Assembly: GCF_000020385.1 (NCBI RefSeq) | Contig: NC_010814.1 | Location: 2,070,001-2,102,000 of the forward strand | From: Trichlorobacter lovleyi SZ | GTDB taxonomy: Bacteria > Desulfobacterota > Desulfuromonadia > Geobacterales > Pseudopelobacteraceae | Reading direction: 5' to 3' | Length of the DNA: 32,000 nt | Shown here: positions 1-7,927 of the stretch, in pieces | Layout of the letters: every line of letters starts with the position of its first letter | Numbering within the stretch: the stretch's first letter is position 1 | Made by a program: the position numbers and the translations under genes | The notes under the pieces: generated by a model | What the model was told of the DNA's origin: nothing | The model's input: only the letters and a program-made list of their open reading frames with translations | The model's database searches: none

Positions 1-205
1 GAGGATTGACTCAACCAGCGGCCCACGGGAAGAACGGTTTGAGCTGGAATCACTGGCCTTTCATCAACGGGTACGGGACGGTTATCTACAGCTTGCAGCT
101 GAAGAGCCGGGCCGCTTTGTGATTGTTGATGCCACTGTTCAGCCGGCGCAAGTTGCCTCGGCTATTTCCGATGCGGTTCTGTCCCGCCTTGCGGTGCCCG
201 TCTAG
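1..205 (+). CDS. tmk: thymidylate kinase, 3' end (5' part lies outside the window)
   Basis: The frame from position 2 to TAG 203-205 reads ...[55 protein letters not shown], typical of dTMP kinase C-termini. The stop abuts the holB ATG, which is the classic tmk-holB adjacency. Confidence 0.7.
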   Translation, partial: RIDSTSGPREERFELESLAFHQRVRDGYLQLAAEEPGRFVIVDATVQPAQVASAISDAVLSRLAVPV

Positions 206-1201
206 ATGTCTCTTTCTGTAATCAAGGGACAGGACCGGGTACTTGATGCCTTAAAACGCTCCATTGCCGCTAACCGGGTGGCTCACGCCTATCTTTTTGA
301 GGGGCCGGACGGCTGTGGACGACGCACAACCGCTCTGGCCCTGATGCAGGCGCTTTTCTGCAAGGAACCACTGGATGGTGGTGATGCCTGCGGAAACTGT
401 TCATCCTGCCGCAAACTGGCTTCCGGCAACCACCCGGACCTGCATCTGCTTTCGCCCCTGCCGGACAAGCGTGATATCAGCATTGAGCAGATTCGGGAGC
501 TGCAGCAACAGCTGTCTCTGCGTCCCTTTGAGGCAAAGCGCAAGGCATGCCTGATTGAACCGGCTGAGCGGATGAATGAAAAATCGGCCAATGCACTCTT
601 AAAGACCCTTGAGGAGCCACCAGGTCATGCGATCATTGTTTTGCTGTCAACCCAGGCTGATCTACTGCTCTCAACCATCCGCTCCCGTTGTCAACACCTG
701 CGCTTCAGCCCGCTGGATGACGGCGTTGTAGCAGATTTGTTGATTCAACAGGGGATGGACCCTGACAAGGCGCGGGAACTTGCACCGCTGGCAGAGGGAA
801 GTATGGAGCGGGCCAGCACCCTGGAAGAGGAATCAGATGCCGTACGACGCCAGGAGTTACTGACTGTGCTGTCAAAGGCATCATCCAGACAGGTTGCCAC
901 TATTTTTGATGCTGCTGAGTCTGTTGCCGGTGGACGCGAGGAAACGCTGTCAACCTTCAACCTGTTGCTGTCTCTGTTACGTGACCTGCTACTGATCCGT
1001 TCCTGCGGACAGATCGGTATAGCAAACGGTTTCCTTAACAATGAACTTACTGTAGAGGCCTCCCGCTTTACCCCTGCCGGCATGATGGAGGCCCTTGAGC
1101 GTTGTCTTGAAACCAGGCGCGCGATTCAGGGTAATGCCAACCCCAAGCTGGCACTGGAACGCTTCCTGCTGGCCTATGATCGTTTACGAAAAGGAGTCTG
1201 A
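206..1201 (+). CDS. holB: DNA polymerase III subunit delta' (clamp-loader)
   Basis: 331-aa ORF with the AHAYLFEGPDGCGRRTTALALMQALFC P-loop-like region and the CGNCSSCRKLASGNHPDLH zinc module, followed by SANALLKTLEEPP and the SRC motif (STIRSRCQ). Confidence 0.9.
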   Translation: MSLSVIKGQDRVLDALKRSIAANRVAHAYLFEGPDGCGRRTTALALMQALFCKEPLDGGDACGNCSSCRKLASGNHPDLHLLSPLPDKRDISIEQIRELQQQLSLRPFEAKRKACLIEPAERMNEKSANALLKTLEEPPGHAIIVLLSTQADLLLSTIRSRCQHLRFSPLDDGVVADLLIQQGMDPDKARELAPLAEGSMERASTLEEESDAVRRQELLTVLSKASSRQVATIFDAAESVAGGREETLSTFNLLLSLLRDLLLIRSCGQIGIANGFLNNELTVEASRFTPAGMMEALERCLETRRAIQGNANPKLALERFLLAYDRLRKGV

Positions 1202-1204
1202 TAC

Positions 1205-2299
1205 GTGATACGTGTTGTTTCCATACAGTTTAACCCGGCAGGCAAGATGTATGATTTTAATGCCGGTGCCCTTGATCTGAAGCCGGGAGACCGGGTAGTT
1301 GTTGAAACCGAGCGGGGCATCAGTCTCGGTACCATCGTCACCGGACCGCAAGAAAAAGACGAAACCGCTTTCAGCCATCCCTTGGCCCCCGTACAGCGTC
1401 TACTGGGGCCGGAAGATGAAAAAACCCTGGCCCATCACCAACGAAGAGAAAAAGAGGCCTATGACTTCTGCCTGCGCCGGATCAAGGAGCGGGGCATGGA
1501 TATGAAACTGGTCCGGGTTGAACATCTCTTTGATGGCAGCAAGGCGATTTTTTACTTTACCGCCGACGGCAGGGTCGATTTTCGAGAACTGGTCAAGGAT
1601 CTGGCCCATACCTTCCATACCAGGATCGAGATGCGCCAGATCGGGGTGCGGGATGAGGCCAAAATGGTCGGCGGTCTGGGGATCTGTGGACGCGAGCTGT
1701 GCTGCGCCTCGTTTCTGCGTGACTTCCAGCCGGTATCGGTCAAGATGGCCAAGGAGCAGAATCTGGCCCTGAATCCCTCCAAGATATCAGGCCAGTGCGG
1801 CAGACTACTCTGTTGTCTGGATTACGAATATGAGACCTACTGTGACCTGCGGAAAAATTTTCCCAAGTGCGGCAAACGTGCTCGGACGGCCCAGTACAAC
1901 GGCACGGTAGAAAAAATGAACCTCCTGACCGGAGAGTTGATCCTGCGCCTTGAAGACGGCAAGCAGGTCAGTGTCAAGGTCAAGGAACTGGTTGATGAGA
2001 ACAGCCCATCGTCCCCCCAGCCAGAGGCAATCAAGGAACAGGAAACGGTGGTTCAGCAGCCTCAGCGGCGGCCACGGGAACAGCAGCCGCAGCGGCGGCC
2101 ACGTCCTGCACCGGCAGCAGCAGGTGCTGTTTCAGCACCCGTTGATACGTCCAGCACCCGACCAGTAGCTGCGGAAGCCGGAGAAACCGGCACTCAGCAA
2201 CCCAAGAGTGATGAGAAGCAGAAACGTAAAAAGCGTAACCGTCGTCATGGACATCGTAAACCATCTGATCAGAAACCAGATAGACCAAGCCAGGAGTAA
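1205..2299 (+). CDS. PSP1 domain protein (YaaT/RicT-like) with a long basic, low-complexity C-terminal tail
   Basis: GTG start 8 nt after an AGGAG. The N-terminus VVSIQFNPAGKMYDF and the Cys-rich GICGRELCCASFL...GQCGRLLCCLDYE are typical of PSP1/RicT proteins. The holB-ricT synteny is conserved. The tail is rich in Q/P/R/K. Confidence 0.85.
   Translation: MIRVVSIQFNPAGKMYDFNAGALDLKPGDRVVVETERGISLGTIVTGPQEKDETAFSHPLAPVQRLLGPEDEKTLAHHQRREKEAYDFCLRRIKERGMDMKLVRVEHLFDGSKAIFYFTADGRVDFRELVKDLAHTFHTRIEMRQIGVRDEAKMVGGLGICGRELCCASFLRDFQPVSVKMAKEQNLALNPSKISGQCGRLLCCLDYEYETYCDLRKNFPKCGKRARTAQYNGTVEKMNLLTGELILRLEDGKQVSVKVKELVDENSPSSPQPEAIKEQETVVQQPQRRPREQQPQRRPRPAPAAAGAVSAPVDTSSTRPVAAEAGETGTQQPKSDEKQKRKKRNRRHGHRKPSDQKPDRPSQE
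2054..2107 (+). repeat. tandem 27-bp direct repeat inside the PSP1 tail (QQPQRRPRE / QQPQRRPRP)
   Basis: cagcagcctcagcggcggccacgggaa is followed directly by cagcagccgcagcggcggccacgtcct. The two units are in frame and nearly identical. Confidence 0.8.
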
Positions 2300-2305
2300 T
2301 CAGCA

Positions 2306-3832
2306 ATGAAACCATCTTTTTACGTCACCACCCCGATCTATTACGTTAATGACGTGCCCCATATCGGCCATGCCTATACCACTGTTGCGGCCGATGTACT
2401 GGCCCGCTATAAGCGGATGAAGGGATTTGATGTCTTTTTTCTGACCGGCAGCGACGAGCATGGCCAGAAGGTTGAAAAGGCAGCCCAGACAAACGGCGAG
2501 ACCCCGCTTGAACTTGCCGACCGGGTGGTTAAACGCTTTCAGGCCCTGTGGGAAAAGCTGGGAATCTCCCACAACGACTTTATCCGTACCACCCAGGAAC
2601 GTCACAAGCAGGGTGTCACCCATATCTTTAAACAGTTGATGGAGCAAGGTGATATCTATCTGGGGGAATACGAGGACTGGTACTGCACCCCCTGCGAGAC
2701 CTTCTGGACAGAAACCCAGGTGGAAGATGGCAAATGTCCTGACTGTAACCGCCCGGTCGAAAAGTTAAAGGAAGAATCCTACTTCTTCAAGATGAGCGCC
2801 TATGGTGAAAAACTGCTGGCGCATATTGAAGCCAACCCTGACTTCATCCAACCCAAAACCAGGCGCAATGAGATCATCTCCTTTGTCAAAGAAGGGTTGC
2901 GGGACCTGTCGGTATCCCGCACCTCGTTCTCCTGGGGAATCCCGGTGCCAGGCAATGAACGCCACGTCATCTATGTCTGGTTTGATGCCCTGACCAATTA
3001 CATCAGTGCGCTCGGATATCCAAATGCAGATGGCAATTATGGCCGTTACTGGCCTGCTGATGCCCACCTGATCGGCAAGGATATCCTGCGTTTCCATACG
3101 GTCTACTGGCCGACCTTTCTGATGGCAGCCGGCCTGCCGATTCCCCAGAAGGTCTTTGCCCATGGTTGGTGGACGGTGGAAGGTCAGAAGATGTCAAAAT
3201 CGCTGCAGAACGTTGTTGAGCCCAATATGCTGATCGACAAATACGGCGTGGATGTGGTGCGCTACTTCCTGCTGCGGGAAGTGCCCTTTGGCCTGGACGG
3301 TGATTTCTCACACGGGTCACTGATCAACCGGATCAACTCTGACCTGGCCAACGACCTGGGCAACCTGCTATCCCGCTCAACAGCCATGCTGGTTAAATAT
3401 TTTGACGGTATCCTGCCCGCGCCAGGCCCACTTTCTGAGCTTGATGCCACTTTGAAGACCAAGGCTGAAGCGATGCTTGCGGCAGTAGACAACTGCATGG
3501 ATGAACTGGCCTTCAGCAAGGCCCTGCAATCAATCTGGGATGTTATTTCAGCCGGCAATAAATATATTGACGAAACCGCTCCCTGGGGTCTTGCCAAAGA
3601 TCCTGCCAAACGTGAGCAACTGGCAACGGTCATGTATTGTCTGCTTGAGGCTCAGCGGCTGGTTCACTCGCTGGTGGCCCCTTTTATGCCTCAGACCGCC
3701 CGTAAGGCATTGGCCTGTCTTGGCTGGCAGAAGGAAGCAACTGAAGAAGATCTGGTCTGGGGCAAACTTGCTCCAGGCACGATCATTGAAAAAGCAGCAG
3801 CATTGTTCCCGCGGATTGAGACAAAAGAATAG
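2306..3832 (+). CDS. metG: methionine--tRNA ligase (short form, no C-terminal tRNA-binding appendix)
   Basis: 508 aa. Has the class I HIGH motif (PHIGHAYT), the KMSKS motif (QKMSKSL) and a zinc knuckle, CTPCE...CPDCN. AGGAG lies upstream. Confidence 0.95.
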   Translation: MKPSFYVTTPIYYVNDVPHIGHAYTTVAADVLARYKRMKGFDVFFLTGSDEHGQKVEKAAQTNGETPLELADRVVKRFQALWEKLGISHNDFIRTTQERHKQGVTHIFKQLMEQGDIYLGEYEDWYCTPCETFWTETQVEDGKCPDCNRPVEKLKEESYFFKMSAYGEKLLAHIEANPDFIQPKTRRNEIISFVKEGLRDLSVSRTSFSWGIPVPGNERHVIYVWFDALTNYISALGYPNADGNYGRYWPADAHLIGKDILRFHTVYWPTFLMAAGLPIPQKVFAHGWWTVEGQKMSKSLQNVVEPNMLIDKYGVDVVRYFLLREVPFGLDGDFSHGSLINRINSDLANDLGNLLSRSTAMLVKYFDGILPAPGPLSELDATLKTKAEAMLAAVDNCMDELAFSKALQSIWDVISAGNKYIDETAPWGLAKDPAKREQLATVMYCLLEAQRLVHSLVAPFMPQTARKALACLGWQKEATEEDLVWGKLAPGTIIEKAAALFPRIETKE

Positions 3833-3842
3833 TTCAAACAGA

Positions 3843-3871
3843 AATGGGGAGACCGATTCGGCCTCCCCATT
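3843..3871. terminator. strong hairpin between convergent metG and the HesB-like gene; probably a bidirectional terminator
   Basis: aatggggag / ctccccatt form a 9-bp GC-rich stem with an inner ccg/cgg extension. On the minus strand the hairpin is followed by TTCTGTTTG. There is no clear T-run on the plus side. Confidence 0.55.
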
Positions 3872-3898
3872 CTACATCATCTCGTATGTAAATGTTCT

Positions 3899-4186
3899 CT
3901 ATGAGCAGGAAGAACCAAACTCAGGAGAAATTACAAAACCTTCTCGCATGCCTGAATTAACAAAATCAATCACCTGACCATCCAGGAAAGAGTTCAGGCT
4001 TTTTTCTGCAAGCAGCTCAATGCCGTTCAAAGTCATCCTGGTATCATTTTCACCCGGCTCATCCAGAGCCAGCCCCAGACGGGGGCCACCTCAACCAAAA
4101 CCTTCAAACACCACCCGCAGCAGCTTGCCGGGGTTCTGGGCCAGAATCGGCTCCAGAGCTGTCTTTGCCGCATCTGTAATCTTCAT
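3899..4186 (-). CDS. HesB/IscA-like small protein with in-frame TGA (candidate selenocysteine) at codon 32
   Basis: ATG 4186 lies 7 nt after AGGAG. The translation is MKITDAAKTALEPILAQNPGKLLRVVFEGFG[TGA 4093..4091]GGPRLGLALDEPGENDTRMTLNGIELLAEKSLNSFLDGQVIDFVNSGMREGFVISPEFGSSCS, ending at TAG 3901..3899, 96 codons in one frame. The TGA sits where Cys-containing HesB-like homologues have GFGCGG. The gene is absent from the ORF track, which only shows the antisense shadow 4020..4220. Confidence 0.7.
4056..4087 (-). promoter_or_regulatory. candidate SECIS region: two adjacent hairpins just 3' of the in-frame UGA
   Basis: In the minus-strand RNA, GGCCCC-(C)GUCU-GGGGCU spans 4087..4071 and GGCUC-UGGAU-GAGCC spans 4070..4056. 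The second loop is G-containing and lies about 26-30 nt after the UGA, within the spacing range usual for bacterial SECIS elements. Confidence 0.45.
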
Positions 4187-4205
4187 GACGCCGCTCCTTT
4201 GTAAG

Positions 4206-4223
4206 TATTCATATATTTGAATA
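4206..4223. promoter_or_regulatory. palindrome TATTCA-N6-TGAATA immediately upstream of the HesB-like gene's RBS
   Basis: Read on the minus strand: TATTCAaatataTGAATActtACAAAGGAGcggcgtcATG. The same ATTCA-N6-TGAAT plus ACAAAGGAG arrangement recurs at 29460..29484. Confidence 0.5.
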
Positions 4224-4265
4224 TAGCAAGTGGTTCTGACAAAAGCCAGAAAATTTTAATGGCAA

Positions 4266-4580
4266 TTATGACAAAAAAGAACAGCAGTAGTCAGATACGG
4301 TCTGGACCTTCATGGTGAAGGAAGAATTAGCGGGGACCTCAAACGACTGACCGCCGCCAATACGTCTCCAGCCAGTCTCACCGGCCAATTGCAGATCCAG
4401 TTCACCGCTCAGTATCTCCATCAGCTCAGCCGCGCCGGTGCTAAAGGTATACTCACCCGGTTGCATGATCCCCAGGGTCTTTTTGGAACCGTCTGGAAAC
4501 AGCACCGTGTGGCTTGCAACAGCTCCGTTAAAATAGATATTGGCCTCTCGAACAACGGTGACACCTGAAAACTCTGACAT
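4266..4580 (-). CDS. ppnP: pyrimidine/purine nucleoside phosphorylase PpnP (DUF1255/YaiE family)
   Basis: 104 aa. ...ANIYFNGAVASHTVLFPDGSKKTLGIMQPGEYTFSTGAAELMEILSGEL... lines up with E. coli YaiE/PpnP (GEYTFST core). Confidence 0.85.
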   Translation of the reverse strand: MSEFSGVTVVREANIYFNGAVASHTVLFPDGSKKTLGIMQPGEYTFSTGAAELMEILSGELDLQLAGETGWRRIGGGQSFEVPANSSFTMKVQTVSDYCCSFLS

Positions 4581-4706
4581 GCGTACACTCCTTGGATATT
4601 TGGATATGTCTTAAAAGGGGTGAAAGTCACCCTGAAACAGCTATGGTATAACGAGGATGCTGGCCGCATAGCAATAAAATGTATTTATTTCAGCGTGTTA
4701 CAAATA

Positions 4707-4722
4707 TGGCACGTCTAATGCT
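4707..4722 (+). promoter_or_regulatory. sigma-54 (RpoN) type -24/-12 promoter
   Basis: The site reads TGGCACGtctaATGCT, against the consensus TGGCACG-N4-TTGCW. The GG/GC spacing is correct. It lies about 38 nt upstream of the ATG at 4760, which has an AAGGAGGA SD. Confidence 0.55.
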
Positions 4723-4759
4723 ATTTACTGGGTAACATCATCACACAAGGAGGAGTACC

Positions 4760-5053
4760 ATGAAACGGCTTATTTTCGCAATTACCGCATTACTGATCAG
4801 CCAAGCATCAGTGTCATTTGCAGAAGAACTTAAAATTGTCGGACCTGTTGTCAAGATTCAGGCCGAAGCCGGCAAGGCAACAGTCGTGATCAAAGACAAT
4901 GCAAGCGGAAAAGACGTTGCCATCATTGTCACTGACCAGTTGACGGTGGATAAACTTAACGACAAACGGATTACTACCGGCGATGAAGTACGGGTTAAAT
5001 ACGATAGCAAGGATAACGTCTCCAAACTGTTCAGAAAGACTGCAGGCTGCTGA
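4760..5053 (+). CDS. small exported protein of unknown function (signal peptide; ends ...TAGC)
   Basis: 97 aa. N-terminal signal peptide MKRLIFAITALLISQASVSFA|EE, strong SD, and a terminator downstream. I recognise no family. Confidence 0.7.
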   Translation: MKRLIFAITALLISQASVSFAEELKIVGPVVKIQAEAGKATVVIKDNASGKDVAIIVTDQLTVDKLNDKRITTGDEVRVKYDSKDNVSKLFRKTAGC

Positions 5054-5065
5054 TACATGCACAAC

Positions 5066-5101
5066 GGGCCGGCCGGAAACGGACCGGCCCTTCTCTTTTT
5101 T
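5066..5101 (+). terminator. rho-independent terminator
   Basis: gggccgg...ccggccc forms a 7-bp GC stem, followed by ttctctttttt. Confidence 0.75.
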
Positions 5102-5108
5102 AGAGCAG

Positions 5109-5576
5109 TTACTGAGTTGGTGGAGTCTGTGATCCTGGACCAATTCTGAGATTGGCCGTGGCAATATAGATTTCTCTTAAAAAGCAGACCAGCCCCAGCA
5201 CCATGGAGAGCATGGCGCAGATAAACAGGATTGCCACCGGCATCGAGGGGTCGAGTTCCAGAAACGCACCGATAAACATCAGCGCAATAACGCTACAGAC
5301 CAGGAAGGCAGTGGTGGTACAGAGATTGATGGCCTGACCGACTAGCTTGGCACGGCGTGCCAGTGTCGTAAGGTCAGCCCGGATAAGCTCCCTGTGGCCC
5401 TCTTGCGTGGCAGTTTCAAAACGGGCTTCAAGCAGGCGGGCTCGGTCAATGATCCGTCCCAGTCGGTTGGTCATGACCGAGAGCATCGCGCCGATACCAG
5501 TTAACAGGAAGACCGGAGCCACCGAGAGTTGAATGGCACGGGCGACAGTGCCCACATCAGAGACTGTCCGCAACAT
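5109..5576 (-). CDS. DUF2721 family membrane protein
   Basis: 155 aa. AIQLSVAPVFLLTGIGAMLSVMTNRLGRIIDRARLLE plus C-terminal TM helices is typical of DUF2721. A GGGGAGGTG SD is present. The gene starts 18 nt after the recG stop. Confidence 0.75.
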   Translation of the reverse strand: MLRTVSDVGTVARAIQLSVAPVFLLTGIGAMLSVMTNRLGRIIDRARLLEARFETATQEGHRELIRADLTTLARRAKLVGQAINLCTTTAFLVCSVIALMFIGAFLELDPSMPVAILFICAMLSMVLGLVCFLREIYIATANLRIGPGSQTPPTQ

Positions 5577-5594
5577 GGTTGCACCTCCCCTTTG

Positions 5595-7892
5595 TCATGC
5601 GATACCTGCCAGCTCCAGCCGTTTACCCCAGCGTTGTAACAGTTCCTGGAGTATCCGTTGTCCTTCAGATGAATGCAGCTGTTCATCCCGTTCAAGCAGT
5701 TTGGCTGCAGCAGACCTGGCCTGCTCCAATATGGCCCCATCCCTCAGAATACTTGCCACTCTGAAATCAGGCATACCAGATTGGCGCGTACCGAGAAAAT
5801 CGCCCGGACCACGGATCTCAAGATCGGCCTCGGCAATCCTGAAGCCATCGGTGGTGGCCTCCATCACCCTGAGCCTTTTTTCACCGTCTTCAGACAGCTT
5901 ACCCGCTGTTAACAGTATACAGCTGGAACGGTGACTTCCCCGCCCTACCCTGCCCCGTAACTGATGCAGTTGAGAAAGACCGAAACGCTCGGCATGTTCG
6001 ATTACCATCAGGGTGGCATTCGGCACATCGATCCCCACCTCAATCACGGTGGTGGCCACCAGGATATCCAGCTCCTGTTTTTTGAAGGAGGCCATCACCG
6101 CCTCCTTTTCCTCCGGCTTCATCCGGCCATGCAACAGACCCAGCCGGAGTCCAGGGAAAATGTCAGCTTGTAGATGTTCAGCCATCTGAGTTGCGGCCTT
6201 TAGATCAGACTTTTCAGACTCTTCAACCAGAGGATAGATAACGTATGCCTGACGACCCTGGCCAATCTCCTGGTGGATCATCTCGTACACCTGTTTACGG
6301 CGTGATTCAAAGTATATCTTTGTATTTATTGGAGTTCTACCCGGTGGCAGTTCATCAATGACTGAGAGAGCGAGATCACCAAACAAGGTCATGGCCAGGG
6401 TACGGGGAATCGGGGTGGCGGTCATCACCAGAATATCAGGATTAGCCCCCTTTTTCTTGAGAACGCCACGCTGCAGTACACCAAAGCGGTGCTGCTCATC
6501 CACAATCCCTAATCCCAGACGGTGGAACTCGACCTTGTCCTGAATCACGGCATGGGTGCCGATCACGATGGAAGCCCGGCCATCCGCAACCTGTTGCAGC
6601 GCCTCCTTCTTGACTTTGCCCCGCATGCCCGAGGTAAGTAACACGACGTTGACCCCTAACTGGTCACACCAGTGGTGAATATTATGCCAGTGCTGCTCAG
6701 CCAGGATCTCAGTGGGGGCCATAATTGCCACCTGGTAGTCGTTTTCAACTGCCACCAGGGCTGCCATCAGCGCCACCAGCGTCTTGCCGCTACCAACATC
6801 CCCCTGCACCAGACGATGCATCGGGTGGGAAGCCATCATATCGGCCTTGATCTCCGATAACACCCGCCGTTGGGCAGCAGTCAACTGGAATGGCAGCAAT
6901 TTTACCAGTTCTTTGGTGTAACGATGGGTAACCCGGAAGGAGATCCCTTCTTCCAGGGCTACCCCCCGTTTCTTTAATGCCAAACCAAGTTCCCAGAAAA
7001 AGAACTCATCAAAGGCCAAAGATCGGTGGGCCAACGTACGGCCTTCATTCAGATCAATCAGGGGCGCATCTGATGGCGGCAGGTGGACCTGGCCAAGTGC
7101 TTCCCGTAGCGGAAGATACTGATACGTTTCCAACAGGGATTGAGGCAGAATATTTTCCAGATTCGGAAGAAAGGTATCCACCACCTGGCGCATCACCCGC
7201 CGCATCCCCTTCTGGTGTAGCCCTTCCGTTAAGGGGTAAACTGGCACAATACGCCCAAAATTGACCGGGTCAGCAGTCATTACGGCATTAACATCGGTAC
7301 CTTTTTCCAGCCACTCTACATCGGGATGATGCACTTCAGGTTTCCATCCAAAACTGCTCAGCTCACCGGTAAAGACTCCTTGCCGCCCCACCTGCCAGGT
7401 CCGTTTCATCCAGACTCCATTGGCATGAAACCACTTCAGTACAATACTGCCACTTTCATCCTGCACCACAGCCTCAAAGACCTTGCGGCCTCCCCTTGTT
7501 TCCGTGCTTTCTGTAGAAATAACAGTGCCTTGAAAGACATGATTTGATCCCGGCTTTAGCTGTCTGATAGGGATGAGTTGCCGGCGGTCCTCATAACGGT
7601 GCGGCAGGCAGAACAGGGCATCTTCAACCGAACGAATGCCACGCTTGGCGAGCAGTTCAGCCAGTTTGGGGCCGACTCCTTTGATAAACTGGATACCGGT
7701 GGTCAGATTTTTACGTGCAATTGCCTGTTGAACGGGGTTTGCAGGAGGTGCAGCTGTAACCTGTTTACGCAACAGCACCCCTGTATCATTGGCTTCAATC
7801 CCCACACAATCGCCTGGCTGGAGGCCAAGCCGCATCAGCTCCTTGGCAGGAATTAGCAAGGCACCAGTATGATCAACCTGAAGTTTTGTCAT
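5595..7892 (-). CDS. recG: ATP-dependent DNA helicase RecG with an N-terminal AbrB/SpoVT-like extension
   Basis: 765 aa. Wedge region (IKGVGPKLAELLAKRGIRSVEDALFCLPHRYEDRR), helicase motifs GDVGSGKT and DEQHRFG, TATPIPRT, and the RecG C-terminal TRG region. About 45-60 extra N-terminal residues are present. Confidence 0.95.
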   Translation of the reverse strand: MTKLQVDHTGALLIPAKELMRLGLQPGDCVGIEANDTGVLLRKQVTAAPPANPVQQAIARKNLTTGIQFIKGVGPKLAELLAKRGIRSVEDALFCLPHRYEDRRQLIPIRQLKPGSNHVFQGTVISTESTETRGGRKVFEAVVQDESGSIVLKWFHANGVWMKRTWQVGRQGVFTGELSSFGWKPEVHHPDVEWLEKGTDVNAVMTADPVNFGRIVPVYPLTEGLHQKGMRRVMRQVVDTFLPNLENILPQSLLETYQYLPLREALGQVHLPPSDAPLIDLNEGRTLAHRSLAFDEFFFWELGLALKKRGVALEEGISFRVTHRYTKELVKLLPFQLTAAQRRVLSEIKADMMASHPMHRLVQGDVGSGKTLVALMAALVAVENDYQVAIMAPTEILAEQHWHNIHHWCDQLGVNVVLLTSGMRGKVKKEALQQVADGRASIVIGTHAVIQDKVEFHRLGLGIVDEQHRFGVLQRGVLKKKGANPDILVMTATPIPRTLAMTLFGDLALSVIDELPPGRTPINTKIYFESRRKQVYEMIHQEIGQGRQAYVIYPLVEESEKSDLKAATQMAEHLQADIFPGLRLGLLHGRMKPEEKEAVMASFKKQELDILVATTVIEVGIDVPNATLMVIEHAERFGLSQLHQLRGRVGRGSHRSSCILLTAGKLSEDGEKRLRVMEATTDGFRIAEADLEIRGPGDFLGTRQSGMPDFRVASILRDGAILEQARSAAAKLLERDEQLHSSEGQRILQELLQRWGKRLELAGIA

Positions 7893-7927
7893 GACAGTAG
7901 GAGATATACCTGAAAAAGACAGAGAAG

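Noticed and set aside
1149-1164. TGGCAC-containing strings inside coding regions (for example 1149 in holB and 19827 in mutM antisense) as possible sigma-54 sites
   Set aside because: The -12 GC element is out of register by at least 1 nt, and the sites are intragenic with no downstream gene start.
289-3633. Numerous 60-130-aa ORFs antisense to or out of frame with holB, PSP1 and metG. Similar shadow ORFs occur inside recG, the cyclase gene, the GspE gene and others.
   Set aside because: They lie entirely inside long, well-supported genes. Their translations are Arg/Ser/Pro-rich, as is typical of GC-rich antisense frames, and they have no RBS.
4020-4220. 66-aa plus-strand ORF from the track (MPFKVILVSFSPGSS...)
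   Set aside because: It is the antisense shadow of the minus-strand HesB-like gene. It has no SD and a low-complexity P/S/R-rich translation.
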